From NCBI GenBank assembly GCA_963700285.1, contig CAVOXA010000010.1:1984001-2048000 (forward strand): a stretch of 64,000 nucleotides of DNA. The letters are read 5' to 3'. The notes below the pieces were generated by a model. It ran no database searches. It was not told the DNA's origin and saw only the letters and a program-made list of their open reading frames with translations. How positions within the stretch are numbered: the first letter of the stretch is position 1; each line of letters opens with the position of its first letter. Shown here piece after piece: positions 42,843-53,127 of the stretch. A program made the translations under genes and the position numbers. The stretch comes from an uncultured Chloroflexia bacterium. Lineage in GTDB: Bacteria > Chloroflexota > Anaerolineae > JAAYZQ01.

Positions 42843-43099
42843 TGACGGCTCCCTCCAAGCGTGATGCCCAACGGCCATGATAGGCCAATCATGGCTGTCT
42901 GTCAAAGACAGCCTGTTCCTGTTGCAAAGCTGGCGTAGGGGCGAGGCATTCCGGAAAAATCCACTGGCGGGCCCAGGGTTCACGAGCTACGGATGGGCTA
43001 GTGCATGGCAACCGGTTGCTGGCAATGCCTCGCCCTAGGTTAAAGGACTGGCTTATTGCCTCTCCGGTCCGGCTTGATTTGTGTGCCTCTCACCTCTGT

Positions 43100-43240
43100 G
43101 CTATAATTCGCTAGTTCTAGTTGAGGTGGGGGAGCGTGCGCACAAAGCACGAACTACAACCACAGAAAGGAACAGGGCACCATTTGGGAATCTGTCCCAT
43201 TAGGTGCCCTTTTTTCTTATGGCGAGAGCACCGAGTTTGA
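43100..43240 (+). promoter_or_regulatory. pyrD leader: extended -10, terminator-like hairpin with U-tract and a candidate leader peptide
   Basis: TGCTATAAT at ~43099-43107; AGGGCACC...GGTGCCCT-TTTTT at 43174-43215; GTG ORF 43136-43240 after GAGGTG. Confidence 0.5.
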
Positions 43241-44158
43241 ACGTAACCCTGTGCGGTGTAGACCTGCCCAACCCGCTGGTCCTGGCCAGCGGCATCCTGG
43301 GCACCGAGGCGGAGCTGATGGCCCGGGTGGCGCGGGCCGGCGCCGGGGCGGTCACGGCCAAGTCGTGCAGCCTGGAGCCGCGGGCCGGGCATCCCAACCC
43401 CACGGTGCTGGCCTGGGAGCACGGACTGATCAACGCCGTCGGCCTGGCCAATCCCGGCGTCGAGGCCGAGGTCGAGGAACTGCGGCGGACCAAGGCGCTG
43501 CTCCAGCCCCTGGGCGCGGCGCTCATCGCCAGCGTCTTTGCCGACACGGTGGAGAATTTTGCCCGGGTGGCCGCCCGCGTCGTCGAGGCCGCGCCGGACC
43601 TGCTCGAGGTCAACATCTCCTGCCCCAACGTCCACGACGAATTCGGCACGCCCTTTGCCGCCGACGCGGGCGCGGCAGCGGAGGTGACTGCGGCGGTCAA
43701 GGAAGCCGTGGCCGGCCGGGCGCCGGTCCTGGTCAAGCTCTCGCCCAACGTGACCGACATCGCGGCCATCGCCCGGGCGGTGGAGGCCGCCGGGGCCGAC
43801 GGCATCACGGCCATCAACACGCTGACCGGCATGGTCATCGACGTCCACGCCCGGCGGCCCATCCTGGCCAATCGCACCGGCGGCCTGTCGGGGCCGGCCA
43901 TCCGGCCGCTGGCCGTGCGCTGCGTGTACGAGATCTACCGGGCGGTGCGGATCCCCATCGTCGGCACGGGCGGCGTGCGCAGCGGCCGCGACGCCGTGGA
44001 GATGATCATGGCCGGGGCGACGGCGGTGGGCGTCGGCTCGGCGGTGTACGGGGAGGGGCCGGAAGTCTTTGGCCGCATCCGCAACGAGATGGCGGCGCTC
44101 ATGGCCGAGCTGGGCTGCGAGCATGTGGCCAGAGATGCGGGGGGTGGCTCACCGATGA
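43219..44158 (+). CDS. pyrD: Dihydroorotate dehydrogenase family 1B, catalytic subunit (3' indel)
   Basis: [35 protein letters not shown] and [10 protein letters not shown]. Confidence 0.92.
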
Positions 44159-44921
44159 GCCTGCAGCAAGACGAGCTTGCCCCAGGTCGCCCGTATCCTG
44201 AGCATCACGGACGAGAGCGACGCAAGGTCCGGACCCTTGTGCTCGACCTGCACCTGGAGGCCGATCCGGGCCAGTTCGTCATGGCCTGGCTGCCCGGCCT
44301 GGACGAAAAGCCCTTCAGCCTGGTCCGCGCCGACCCGGTCACCCTGACCATCGCCCGCGTCGGCCCCTTCAGCCCAGGCCATCCACGCCCTGAGCGTCGG
44401 CGACCGCCTCTGGCTCCGCGGCCCCCTGGGCCAGCCCTTCACCCTCGCGCCTGCCGAGTCTCCCGAGACCCCGAGGACCGGCGAATCTCCTCCTCCTCGT
44501 CGGCGGCGGCTACGGCGTGGCCCCGCTCCACTTTCTGGCCGAACGCGCCCGCGCTGCTGGCTGGAGCGTGAGCATGGTCATCGGCGCGCGGACGGCGGCG
44601 GACGTCGTCTTTGCCGAGCGCTTTGCGGCCCTGGGCGCGCGGGTGATCGATCACCACCGACGATGGCTCGCTGGGCCAGCGGGGCCTGGCCACCGACGCG
44701 GCCGCAGCGCCTGCTGGACGAAGACGGCTGCCAGGGCCATCTACGCCTGCGGCCCGGAGCCGATGCTGGAGGCGGTGGAACGGCTGGCCCGGGACCGCAG
44801 CCTGCCCGCCCAACTGAGCTACGAGCGCTACATGCGCTGCGGCTTTGGCGTGTGCGGCTCCTGCGCCACGGAGGGCTGGCTGGTCTGCCGCGATGGGCCG
44901 GTGCGGCACGTGCAGGTGTGA
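44155..44921 (+). CDS. pyrK: Dihydroorotate dehydrogenase electron-transfer subunit, frameshifted
   Basis: [28 protein letters not shown] and [11 protein letters not shown]...VCRDGPV. Confidence 0.88.
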
Positions 44922-45053
44922 GTACGCCAGCCGTCAGTGTCATGCCGCGTGGCATGCGCGATGCCTCGTGCCGCCGAAACGTGCGCCAGCCGGCAAACTC
45001 TGCTATAATGGCCGTCCGCACGGGCATCGCACCCGACCATGGAGGTTCCCAAG

Positions 45054-46637
45054 ATGAGATTCCCGCGCCGCAGCGGCATCCTGATGCATCCCACGTCGCT
45101 CCCGGGCCGGTTCGGCATCGGCGACCTGGGCGACGCAGGCCTACGCGTTCGTCGATTTCCTGGCTGCCGCCGGCCAGTCCTACTGGCAGGTGCTGCCCCT
45201 GAGCCCCACCGGCTACGGCGATTCGCCCTACCAGGGCCTGTCGGCCTTTGCCGGCAACCCGATGCTCATCAGCCCGCAGAAGCTGGTGGAGGCCGGCCAC
45301 CTGTCGCCGGCCGACCTGGAGGCCCTGCCGCATTTTCCCGACGACAAGGTCGATTTTGGGCCGGTCATCTACCACAAGACGCGCCTGCTGAACCGGGCCT
45401 TTGCCAACTTCCACGCCCAGGCCCCCGCCGAGCAGCGCGCAGGCCTTTGCCCGTTTCTGCGAGGAGCAGGCCTCCTGGCTGGACGATTTTGCCCTGTTCA
45501 TGGCCCTGAAGGAGGCCCACGATCTGCGCCCCTGGGAGGAGTGGGAGCCGGAGCTCGCGACCCGGCAGCCAGAGGCCCTGGCCCGCTGCGGCAGAGTCGC
45601 TGGCCGAGCGAGATCGAAAACCAGAAGTACCGCCAGTGGCAGTTCTTTGAGCAGTGGCTGGCCCTCAAGGCCTACGCCAACGAGCGGGGCATCCGCATCA
45701 TCGGCGACATCCCCATCTTTGTCGCCCATGGACAGCGCCGACGTCTGGGCCAATCCCCACCTCTTCCACTTTGACGAGGACCTGCAGCCCACGGTCGTCT
45801 CGGCGTGCCGCCCGACTATTTCAGCGAGACGGGACAGCTGTGGGGCCATCCCCTCTACCGCTGGGACCTGATGGCCGAGCGAGGGCTATGCCTGGTGGAT
45901 CGACCGCTTCCGCATGGCCTTCACCCAGGCCGACGTGGTGCGCATCGACCACTTTCGCGGCTTTTACAACTACTGGGAGGTGCCGGCCGGCGAAAAGACG
46001 GCGATCAAGGGCCGCTGGCTGTACGGCCCCGGCGCCGATCTGTTCCACGCCGTCACCGAGGCGCTGGGCGAGGTGGCCATCATTGCCGAGGACCTGGGCG
46101 ACTTTGACGACGAGTCGCGGGCGGGCGTGGATGCCCTGCAGGAGGAGTTCGGCTATCCCGGCATGAAGGTGGTCCAGTTCGCCTTTGGCGCCGGCCCGGC
46201 CGACCCCTTCCTGCCCCACAACTATACCCGCCGACTGGGTGGCCTACACCGGCACCCACGACAACGACACGGCCGTGGGCTGGTACGAGGCCACCTCCAC
46301 CGAGCAGGAGCGGGACTATGCCCGCAAGTACCTGGGCAGCGATGGCTCCGACATCGCCTGGGACCTGATCCGGCTGGCCTGGGCCTCGGTGGCCAACACG
46401 GCCATGACCACCACCCAGGACCTGCTCAGCCTGGGGCACGAGGCGCGGATGAACACCCCCAGCACCGTCGGCCCGCCCAACTGGTGCTGGCGGCTGCTGC
46501 CCGGCGCGCTGACCGACGAGATCGCGGAACGGCTGCTGGCGCTGACGGCGATCTATGGCCGGCTACCGGATGGCTGGAGGGCAGCGCCTGGAGACGAGGG
46601 CGACGAGGCGGCAGCGGCGGCGGTAGATTCCGCTTAG
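45054..46637 (+). CDS. malQ: 4-alpha-glucanotransferase (GH77), frameshifted
   Basis: SGILMHPTSLP, WQVLP, SPYQ, GDIPIFV, PPDYFS, RIDHFRG, AEDLG and YTGTHDN. Confidence 0.92.
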
Positions 46638-46728
46638 GGTCCGTCCTTCGCCGTTGGCCCTGGAGGCGGGTGCAGGTCACCGCGCATCTTGCCAACCGGG
46701 CCACCTTGTGCTAGAATAGGCGCAGTGA

Positions 46729-46800
46729 GCCCCCGTAGCTCAGTGGATAGAGCGGCGGCCTCCGGAGCCGTGCGCGGGCGTTCGAGTCGCCCCGGGGGTA
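46729..46800 (+). tRNA. tRNA-Arg: tRNA-Arg (anticodon CCG), CCA not encoded
   Basis: Cloverleaf: GCCCCCG/CGGGGGT acceptor stem, GCTC-AGTGGATA-GAGC D arm, GCGGC-CTCCGGA-GCCGT anticodon arm, GGGCG-TTCGAGT-CGCCC T arm. Confidence 0.95.
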
Positions 46801-46935
46801 CTCAAAACGAATGCCCGCACATGCGGGAAGCGGGATGCACCAATATTGCGTCCCGCTTTTGCTTGCAAGCAGCATCTCCCCGGCAATTGACGCCGGTCGC
46901 CAACTCATAGTATAATCAGGATACGAGAAGATGCC
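46780..46935 (+). repeat. Copy 1 of a diverged direct repeat (tRNA 3' end + hairpins + promoter); attL-like
   Basis: Homologous to 47850-48038; CGCCCCGGGGGTACTCAAAA is identical at an offset of 1070 bp. Confidence 0.85.
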
Positions 46936-47040
46936 GATGAATCGCTGGCATAGATCGGATGCAGTGTCTGCGCCATGCAGGAAAGCTAACGCGCAGTGGA
47001 ATCGGCTGCCCACGGCATCGGAAGATGTGGGAGGTGAACA

Positions 47041-47337
47041 GTGTCAGAAGTCGTCGAGGCCGTATACGAGCGAGGTGTGTTGCGCCCTCTGGATCCGCTC
47101 GATTTGAGTGAACAACAAAGGGTACGAATCCAGGTCTGGCCTGAAGAAGAGCCAGAAGAGGAAGAGGTTCTGCGCATATTGACCCAGGCTGGGTTGATGC
47201 GACCCCGACCCAGGCCAGGATCACAACCGGCACCGCCTCTGTCGGAGGATGAGCGCCAAGCCCTCGCCGACGAGGTGGGTCGTGCTTCTGGGAAATCGCT
47301 ATCGGAGATTGTCATTGAAGACCGGGGTGCGTGGTGA
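47041..47337 (+). CDS. Antitoxin, AF2212/DUF104-like
   Basis: VEAVYERGVLRPL N-terminus and SLSEIVIEDRG C-terminus; overlaps the PIN gene. Confidence 0.8.
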   Translation: MSEVVEAVYERGVLRPLDPLDLSEQQRVRIQVWPEEEPEEEEVLRILTQAGLMRPRPRPGSQPAPPLSEDERQALADEVGRASGKSLSEIVIEDRGAW

Positions 47338-47801
47338 GTGTTGCCTACTTTGACACGAGTGCCCTCCTCAAGCGATACGTGACGGAGGCGGGTACGGAGT
47401 GGGTCAAGTCGCTCTTGGCCTCCCTTGACGCACCTGTCGTCCTTACCTCGCATCTAGCTGTCGTTGAAGCGGCTTGTGCCTTTTCTCGTCGAGCCCGAGA
47501 AGGCAATCTCCCAGCCGAAGCGTTGGACAACCTCCTTCGGCTGTTCGAGTACGATGTTGCCTACCGCTATCACATTCTCGAGCTCGGTCCTGCGACGATC
47601 GACGCGGCCCGCGACCTGGCGCTTCAGCATCCACTGCGAGCCTACGATGCCGTGCATCTGGCGAGTGCCTGGCTAGCCAACCAAGAGCTGGTTCGCACCG
47701 GCAAGCACCCTTTGACCTTTGTCTGTGCAGATGATCGGTTGGTGGGGATTGCCGGCGCCACAGGCCTGCTGACCGCCAACCCCCTTGACCATGCTCGATA
47801 G
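47334..47801 (+). CDS. vapC: PIN-domain (VapC-like) toxin
   Basis: YFDTSALLKRY, VE, LRAYDAVHLASA and FVCADDRL. Confidence 0.88.
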   Translation: MSVAYFDTSALLKRYVTEAGTEWVKSLLASLDAPVVLTSHLAVVEAACAFSRRAREGNLPAEALDNLLRLFEYDVAYRYHILELGPATIDAARDLALQHPLRAYDAVHLASAWLANQELVRTGKHPLTFVCADDRLVGIAGATGLLTANPLDHAR

Positions 47802-47849
47802 GGTGCTCGCCTTCACAAACTGAAGGGCAGTGTGCTGGGCGGTCCTGTT

Positions 47850-48038
47850 GTTCGCACCGCCCCGGGGGTACTCAAAAGGAATGCCCGCACGTGCGGGAAG
47901 CGGGACGTATCGGTACAGCGTCCCGCTCTTACTTGCTGGCAATTCCCTCTCCCCGGAATAAGGTGAGGTGTGCCCCTGTTCTTGCAATTGACTCCAGTCT
48001 TCATCTCATAGTATAATCAGGATGCGAGGAGCCGTCGA
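47850..48038 (+). repeat. Copy 2 of the tRNA-3'/terminator/promoter repeat; attR-like
   Basis: GTTCG-cac-CGCCCCGGGGGTACTCAAAA, ATGCCCGCAC.TGCGGGAAGCGGGA...TCCCGCT, then GCAATTGAC..CTCATAGTATAATCAGGAT. Confidence 0.85.
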
Positions 48039-48165
48039 TCTGCACGCGACCTTCGAGCTCACAGCACGACCCGCGTCGACGATACGTTCCTCTGTCCGAT
48101 TGTATTCAACGTGATTGAGGGGACGAGAAAGCCGAACTCGACTGGCCGGGAAGTGACGAGTTGGA

Positions 48166-48903
48166 ATGGCCAAGAAAAAGCAGTACTACGTTGTAATCCA
48201 CGGGCGCCGGCCAGGTCTCTATGACCGATGGTTCGGGGAGGAGGGAGCGGCCGAGCAGGTAGATGGCTGGGCCGATGCCGTTTACAAGGGATTCTACACG
48301 CTGCAGGAAGCCACCGAGTGGTTGCGCGAGCTTCACGCCGAGACCATCCCAGAGCTGCCGCCAGACCTGGTGGAGCTCCTTGGCCTCCATCCCGAGCAGC
48401 GACGTCGTGAAGGCCCACGCGCCCTGCTCAAAGCCGGCAAGATCCTGATCTACACTGACGGCGGGGCCATCGACAATCCCGGCCCCGGCGGCTATGGCGT
48501 GGTCCTGCGCTACAAGGGCCATAGGAAGGAACTGTCCGGCGGCTTTCGCCGGACGACCAACAACCGTATGGAACTGCTGGCTTGCATCGAAGGCTTGAAA
48601 GCACTGAAGCGCCGATGCACGGTGGTGCTGTACAGCGACTCCAAGTACGTGGTCAACGGCATGAGCAAAGGCTGGGCCGAGCGCTGGCAGGCCAGGGGCT
48701 GGAAGCTGAGCAACGACCAGGATGTCAAGAATGCCGACCTGTGGCAGCAACTGGTCGCCCTGTGCCAGCAGCACGACGTCGAGTTTCGCTGGGTACGGGG
48801 TCACAGCGGCAACCCGGACAACGAGCGCTGCGATCAACTGGCAATGGCCGCGGCGCAAGGGCGGGACCTCGCCATCGATGTGGCTTACGAAGCAGCCCGG
48901 TAA
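48166..48903 (+). CDS. rnhA: Ribonuclease HI with N-terminal hybrid-binding (Caulimovirus VI-like) domain
   Basis: YYVVIHGRRPGLYDRW...YKGF; IYTDG, TTNNRMEL, SDSKYV, KNADLW and WVRGHSG..NERCD. Confidence 0.93.
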   Translation: MAKKKQYYVVIHGRRPGLYDRWFGEEGAAEQVDGWADAVYKGFYTLQEATEWLRELHAETIPELPPDLVELLGLHPEQRRREGPRALLKAGKILIYTDGGAIDNPGPGGYGVVLRYKGHRKELSGGFRRTTNNRMELLACIEGLKALKRRCTVVLYSDSKYVVNGMSKGWAERWQARGWKLSNDQDVKNADLWQQLVALCQQHDVEFRWVRGHSGNPDNERCDQLAMAAAQGRDLAIDVAYEAAR

Positions 48904-48933
48904 GCGGACAACGCACAGGAGGGAGAAGCAGAG

Positions 48934-49507
48934 ATGGCCAAATCCAAGAGCGCAACAGAGGCGCCGATCTACCAGATCAAGGTGACGCTGGAAGACAGCA
49001 AGCCGCCCATCTGGCGGCGGCTCCTGGTCCGCAGCGACATCACCCTGGCCGAGCTGCACGACATCATCCAGGCGGCCTTTGGCTGGTGGGACTATCACCT
49101 CCACCAGTTCATCGTCGGTGAAACCTACTTTGGCGTACCCGACCCCGACTATGAGGACTATCTGGAGATGAACGACGAGCAGGACGTGACGCTGCGCCAG
49201 ATCGCCCCACGAGAAGGCTCCAAGTTTCGCTACGAATACGACTTTGGCGACAGTTGGCTGCACCAGGTGCTGGTGGAAAAGATCCTGCCCCCGGAGCCGG
49301 GCCAGGACTATCCGGTGTGCATCAAGGGCCGGCGCGCCCGCCCACCCGAGGATGTGGGCGGCATGTGGGGCTACTACCACTTTCTGGAAGCCATCGCCGG
49401 ATCCCGACCACGAGGAGCACGACGAGTACCTGGAGTGGGTCGGCGGCGAGTTCGATCCTGAGGCCTTTGACCTGGAGGAGGTCAATCAGGCATTGCGTGC
49501 CTTGTAG
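48934..49507 (+). CDS. Plasmid pRiA4b ORF-3-family protein (3' frameshift)
   Basis: IYQIKVTL...PPIWRRLLV, LHDIIQ, HLHQF, YEYDFGDSWLH and PPEDVGG. Confidence 0.88.
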
Positions 49508-49565
49508 TGGGGGAGAAACAAAACAGCGGCAAGGTGCAGGGGGCAAAAAATGGACGACAGAAAAA

Positions 49566-49596
49566 AGAAACCAGCCCCATCGAGGGACTGGCTTCT
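49566..49596. terminator. Intrinsic terminator hairpin between convergent genes
   Basis: AGAAACCAGCCCC-atcga-GGGACTGGCTTCT preceded by an A-tract. Confidence 0.6.
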
Positions 49597-49630
49597 GTAG
49601 CGTGAGGTGGAGGGGAGAGAGGAGAGGCAC

Positions 49631-50326
49631 TCATTGCGCTGGCACGGGCTTTTGCTGGTCGGGGTAGGTCAATTGGATCTCGCGGGCTCGCTGCTGGTTG
49701 CCGCCGCTGCGGTCGTACTCGACCAGGGCATCCAGGGGGAGCAGGCTTTCGAGCAGCCGGCGGATCCGTTGGCGGCGGTTCCGGATCGTGCCTTCGGTGG
49801 TGCCCATCAGCTCGGCGATGCTGGCGTTGGTGTGCCCGTTGGCGGCCAGGCGGATGATGCGCTTGTCGGTCTGGATCGTGTCCCAGTAGCGGGTCAACAG
49901 GCGCTGCGAGAAGCCGGCCGCCTGGCGCGCTTCAAAGAGCACACCTTCCAGGACCTCGTCGGAGAGCCAGTCCAGGCGCAGGGTGTCGTCGTCGGTGGAT
50001 GTGGAAGGAGCCAGCCATTCGTGAGGCAGGTCGCCGCCGTCGTGCAAGGGGGCATCCAGGGAGAGGGGACTGCGGGGGTTTCGGCCCAGGACTTGGCGGT
50101 AGAAGTACTTTTCGGCGGCCTGGCGGGCGCAGACGAAGCAGAAGGGGACGGGGCGGCCTTCACGATGGTGCTTCCAGTAGGCCAGGGCGGCGGTCTGGAT
50201 CATGTCTTCCATGTCCTGGGGGGTCAGGGTGTCGGCTCCACCGTTGAGGCGGCGGCGGGCGCAGTAGGCCGCCTTGCGGCTGGTGACGAGCCATTCGGGC
50301 TCGGTGGGCAGGTCGTTTGTGCTCAT
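49631..50326 (-). CDS. Sigma-70/ECF-like factor or related HTH regulator
   Basis: Region-2-like DMEDMIQTAALAYW, SLDAP, and region-4 HTH GHTNASIAELMGTTEGTIRNRRQRIRRLL; RBS AAAGGAG. Confidence 0.6.
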   Translation of the reverse strand: MSTNDLPTEPEWLVTSRKAAYCARRRLNGGADTLTPQDMEDMIQTAALAYWKHHREGRPVPFCFVCARQAAEKYFYRQVLGRNPRSPLSLDAPLHDGGDLPHEWLAPSTSTDDDTLRLDWLSDEVLEGVLFEARQAAGFSQRLLTRYWDTIQTDKRIIRLAANGHTNASIAELMGTTEGTIRNRRQRIRRLLESLLPLDALVEYDRSGGNQQRAREIQLTYPDQQKPVPAQ

Positions 50327-50466
50327 CTCGATCTCCTTTCGGGTTGTGATGTGATTGAGGTGAGCACCCTCAATCCGCCTGCCCTGGCGCGGTAGCGGCT
50401 CTTGCTCCATCAGTAGGTGATGGATGCATACAGAAGCACTTTCTGCAGTTTGCAGAATGGAAAAAG

Positions 50467-50499
50467 GCCGGGACTGAGATTCGTTCTCTCAGTCCCGGC
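50467..50499. terminator. Strong hairpin with flanking A/T tracts
   Basis: GCCGGGACTGAGA-ttcgttc-TCTCAGTCCCGGC. Confidence 0.65.
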
Positions 50500-50800
50500 T
50501 CTTTGGTTCTGCCTACCTGTGCCAGAGCTATTGCTTGTGAGCTTGTGCGGTGGTCAATCTGCTTTGTGTTTCGTGGTGCGATCTATCGTATGAGCAAGGA
50601 ATTACGTCCGGTAACGATATGAGCCTCCGACTACCTTGAGCCAAACATGAGGGTGGCAATGAAGGTTTATCGCCCGCTTGCTTGAGCCATTGTTCGTCTT
50701 GGCATTCCCAAGCAACCCTCCGGAGAATCGCACCAGATCTCACCCCGATCTGCACCAAATCTCAACATCTCTGTGGTACAGTGCAGAAGGAGATGGGGAA

Positions 50801-51340
50801 ATGACAAACAAACTGGCAAAACCGATTCTCGCGGCGGCGATGGCACTGCTTCTCGCCGCCATCGGCCTGGTCCTGGTCGCCTGTAGTTCGAGCGCAGAGG
50901 ATGTGCCATCGCTAGGGGCAACGCCGACCGCAGTTGTGGAGGAGAAACCCCTGGACGATGAGGCCAGGGTGATGGCCTTTACGTAGTGCATGCGCGACCA
51001 GGGCATCGAGTACAAGGACCCCGTGGTCGATTCCGACGGAAACGTACAGCGGCCGCAGCTCGTCGAGGGCGTTACGGTTACCTGTGAGGAGCTGGCCGCC
51101 CCCTACGCGGCTTGTGCCCATCACCTCGAAGGTCTCACCCTGGGGCGAGAACGCAGTGACGTGAGCGAACAGGTCGATTCCCTCGTTGCCCTCGCAATCT
51201 GCTTGCGCGAAAAGGGCTACGACGTGGACGACCCCACGGCCGAGACGCTGGAACAGTGGGGCATGGACTTTCGCGTCGAGTTCCCCTGGGACGACCCCGC
51301 GGCCCAAATAGCCTACGAAGCACGCAGCAGCGGGGATTGA
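50801..51340 (+). pseudogene. Lipoprotein gene interrupted by an in-frame TAG (50984-50986)
   Basis: Lipobox LVAC; AFT*CMRDQG..DP continues in frame, with a second ICLREKG..DDP repeat. Confidence 0.65.
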
Positions 51341-51345
51341 TTCTC

Positions 51346-53127
51346 GTAACTGCTCAATAAATCGGGGTAAGTTGGGCAACCGACCATGAAGCGCCAAGCT
51401 CCAGTTCGCTAGCACGAGCCTCGATCAGGCTTGCCAACGATGGAATCTCGTTCGCCTTGGAAACACGATCGTGAATGTACTGATAGAAGCTGATACCCAA
51501 CTTCTTGGCCGTAGCAGCCAAGCTCATAAAGGTGTCCCAAGCCTTGACACCATCTTGCGTGCGCGGGCCGAAACTGACGTCACGTTTTCGCACCCGTTGA
51601 CGCGCTTCCAACTCGGCTGGGTTGTTATGCAATGGTATCTCTGGATGCTTGAGCACCATCAGCAGAGACTCTTTCTTGGCTCTTCGTCTTGGCAATCCGG
51701 GAGTCCAGAGCATCAAACCCAGTGCAGGTCGAAAACAGTTTGTCGAACTCCGCATCCAGTCGGACCCTTTCTTCAAGGGTTGGTTGCTGTCGGTAGGTCA
51801 ACAACTCGTCGTAGAACTCCCAGAACTGCTTCCGAAAGTCCTTCAGCAGCTTGAAATGGTGGACAAAAGACGGCATCAGCTTCTTGTAATGCCGTGCCTT
51901 CATGCACCCAGCAGAGGGCCAACTCTTCCGCGATCCAGTTGAACTGCGGGGCATCGTCGCAGAGCAACAAACGAACAATGGGCAGGTCCGCTTCGGCGTG
52001 ATACGCTGCCACAGCAGCTGCACTCAGGATCGCCTGACGCTGCTGCTCGTTCAGCTTCGGCCAATTGGTGTCCAACCGCTCGACAAAGGTCTGTTCATCC
52101 CAATCCTGGTCACTGCATTCGGCCGACAACCAGGTACGAGTGGCTTTCGACAGCGGCGTAGACTCCAGATAGCCCAGCGCTTCTTCGTTCAGCCGGAACC
52201 GGCGTTCTCGCCCGGGGCGCAGCACATCCAACACGCTCAAGCGGTCCTTTTTCGGCGTCGTGGTGTAGATAGTGTACAACGGGTTGCACACAATGTTGCA
52301 GTGCTGGTTCTGGCCGTCCACGCGCGTGCTGGTTTGATCGGTGTGCTGCCAAGGAGTGCTGGCCAACCCCGCTTCGCAGACCTCTTCCTTCTCGGCGTGA
52401 AACTGCTCCTGGCCCTTGATCAACAGGTTGGACACTTCACCCGCCGAGATCTGGACGCCGACATTCTCGTACAAGTCCCGGATCTTGGCCTCACTCATCC
52501 CGCCTCCAAAGTACAAGGTCAAGGTCAGCGCTTTGAGCCCTGGTCCAAATTGCCCTTCATACCCCAACGGCAACTCGGCCAGATAGGTTTTGCCCGTCGA
52601 GTAGGCCCAATACTTCTCCTTGTGAAAGCGTACGTTGTCGGCGCGAAAGACGACATCTTGGACCACCACATCTTCGTAGCCCTTGAATTCGGCATCTTCC
52701 GGCAGGCTGGCCTTGTCCACCTCCAACGTCTGTTCACGATGGATCTTGATCGTTGCTTTCTTGGCACGCTTCCGACGTGGTTTGGGTTTGCGACGTTCCT
52801 GCTCCGACGAGTAGTTGGACCGAGGGAACTTGGGGTTGTTACCCTTGATGTTGGGTTTGCCCTGTTCGCCTTTCAACCGATTGTTCTCATCTCGCAGTCG
52901 CTGAATCTCTGCCTGTGCGTCCCGCAAGTCGGTACTCACGGCTTCGATCAGATTCATCAAGCGGACAATCAGTTCCCGAGCATTTTCATCTTGGATGTTG
53001 CTCAGGTCTACAGGGTTCAGCTTATCCAACATTAGTTGCGCCATTTTACTCATCTTTGCCCAAATGGCAAAGCGTGAGACTCGCCGAAGTCTTTCCCGGG
53101 GTTTCCCCCGGATTATTGAGCAGTTAC
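51346..53127 (-). mobile_element. IS66-family element (single transposase 53053-51354, frameshift near 51900)
   Basis: TIRs GTAACTGCTCAATAA at both ends; coiled-coil N-terminus, HTDQT, CDDA, ALCWVH and LHNNPAELEAR. Confidence 0.88.

Noticed and set aside
3730-46637. Mass pseudogenisation or programmed frameshifting
   Set aside because: Indels also hit housekeeping genes (pyrD, pyrK, malQ), conserved motifs are intact on both sides, and I see no common slippery site. Long-read consensus error is the simplest explanation; read data are needed to confirm.
47850-47870. Second tRNA gene
   Set aside because: Only the T-loop/3' acceptor strand is present; there is no 5' half.
48166-48903. RNase H as part of a retron/RT or defence system
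   Set aside because: No reverse transcriptase is nearby; the architecture is that of an ordinary HBD-RNase HI.
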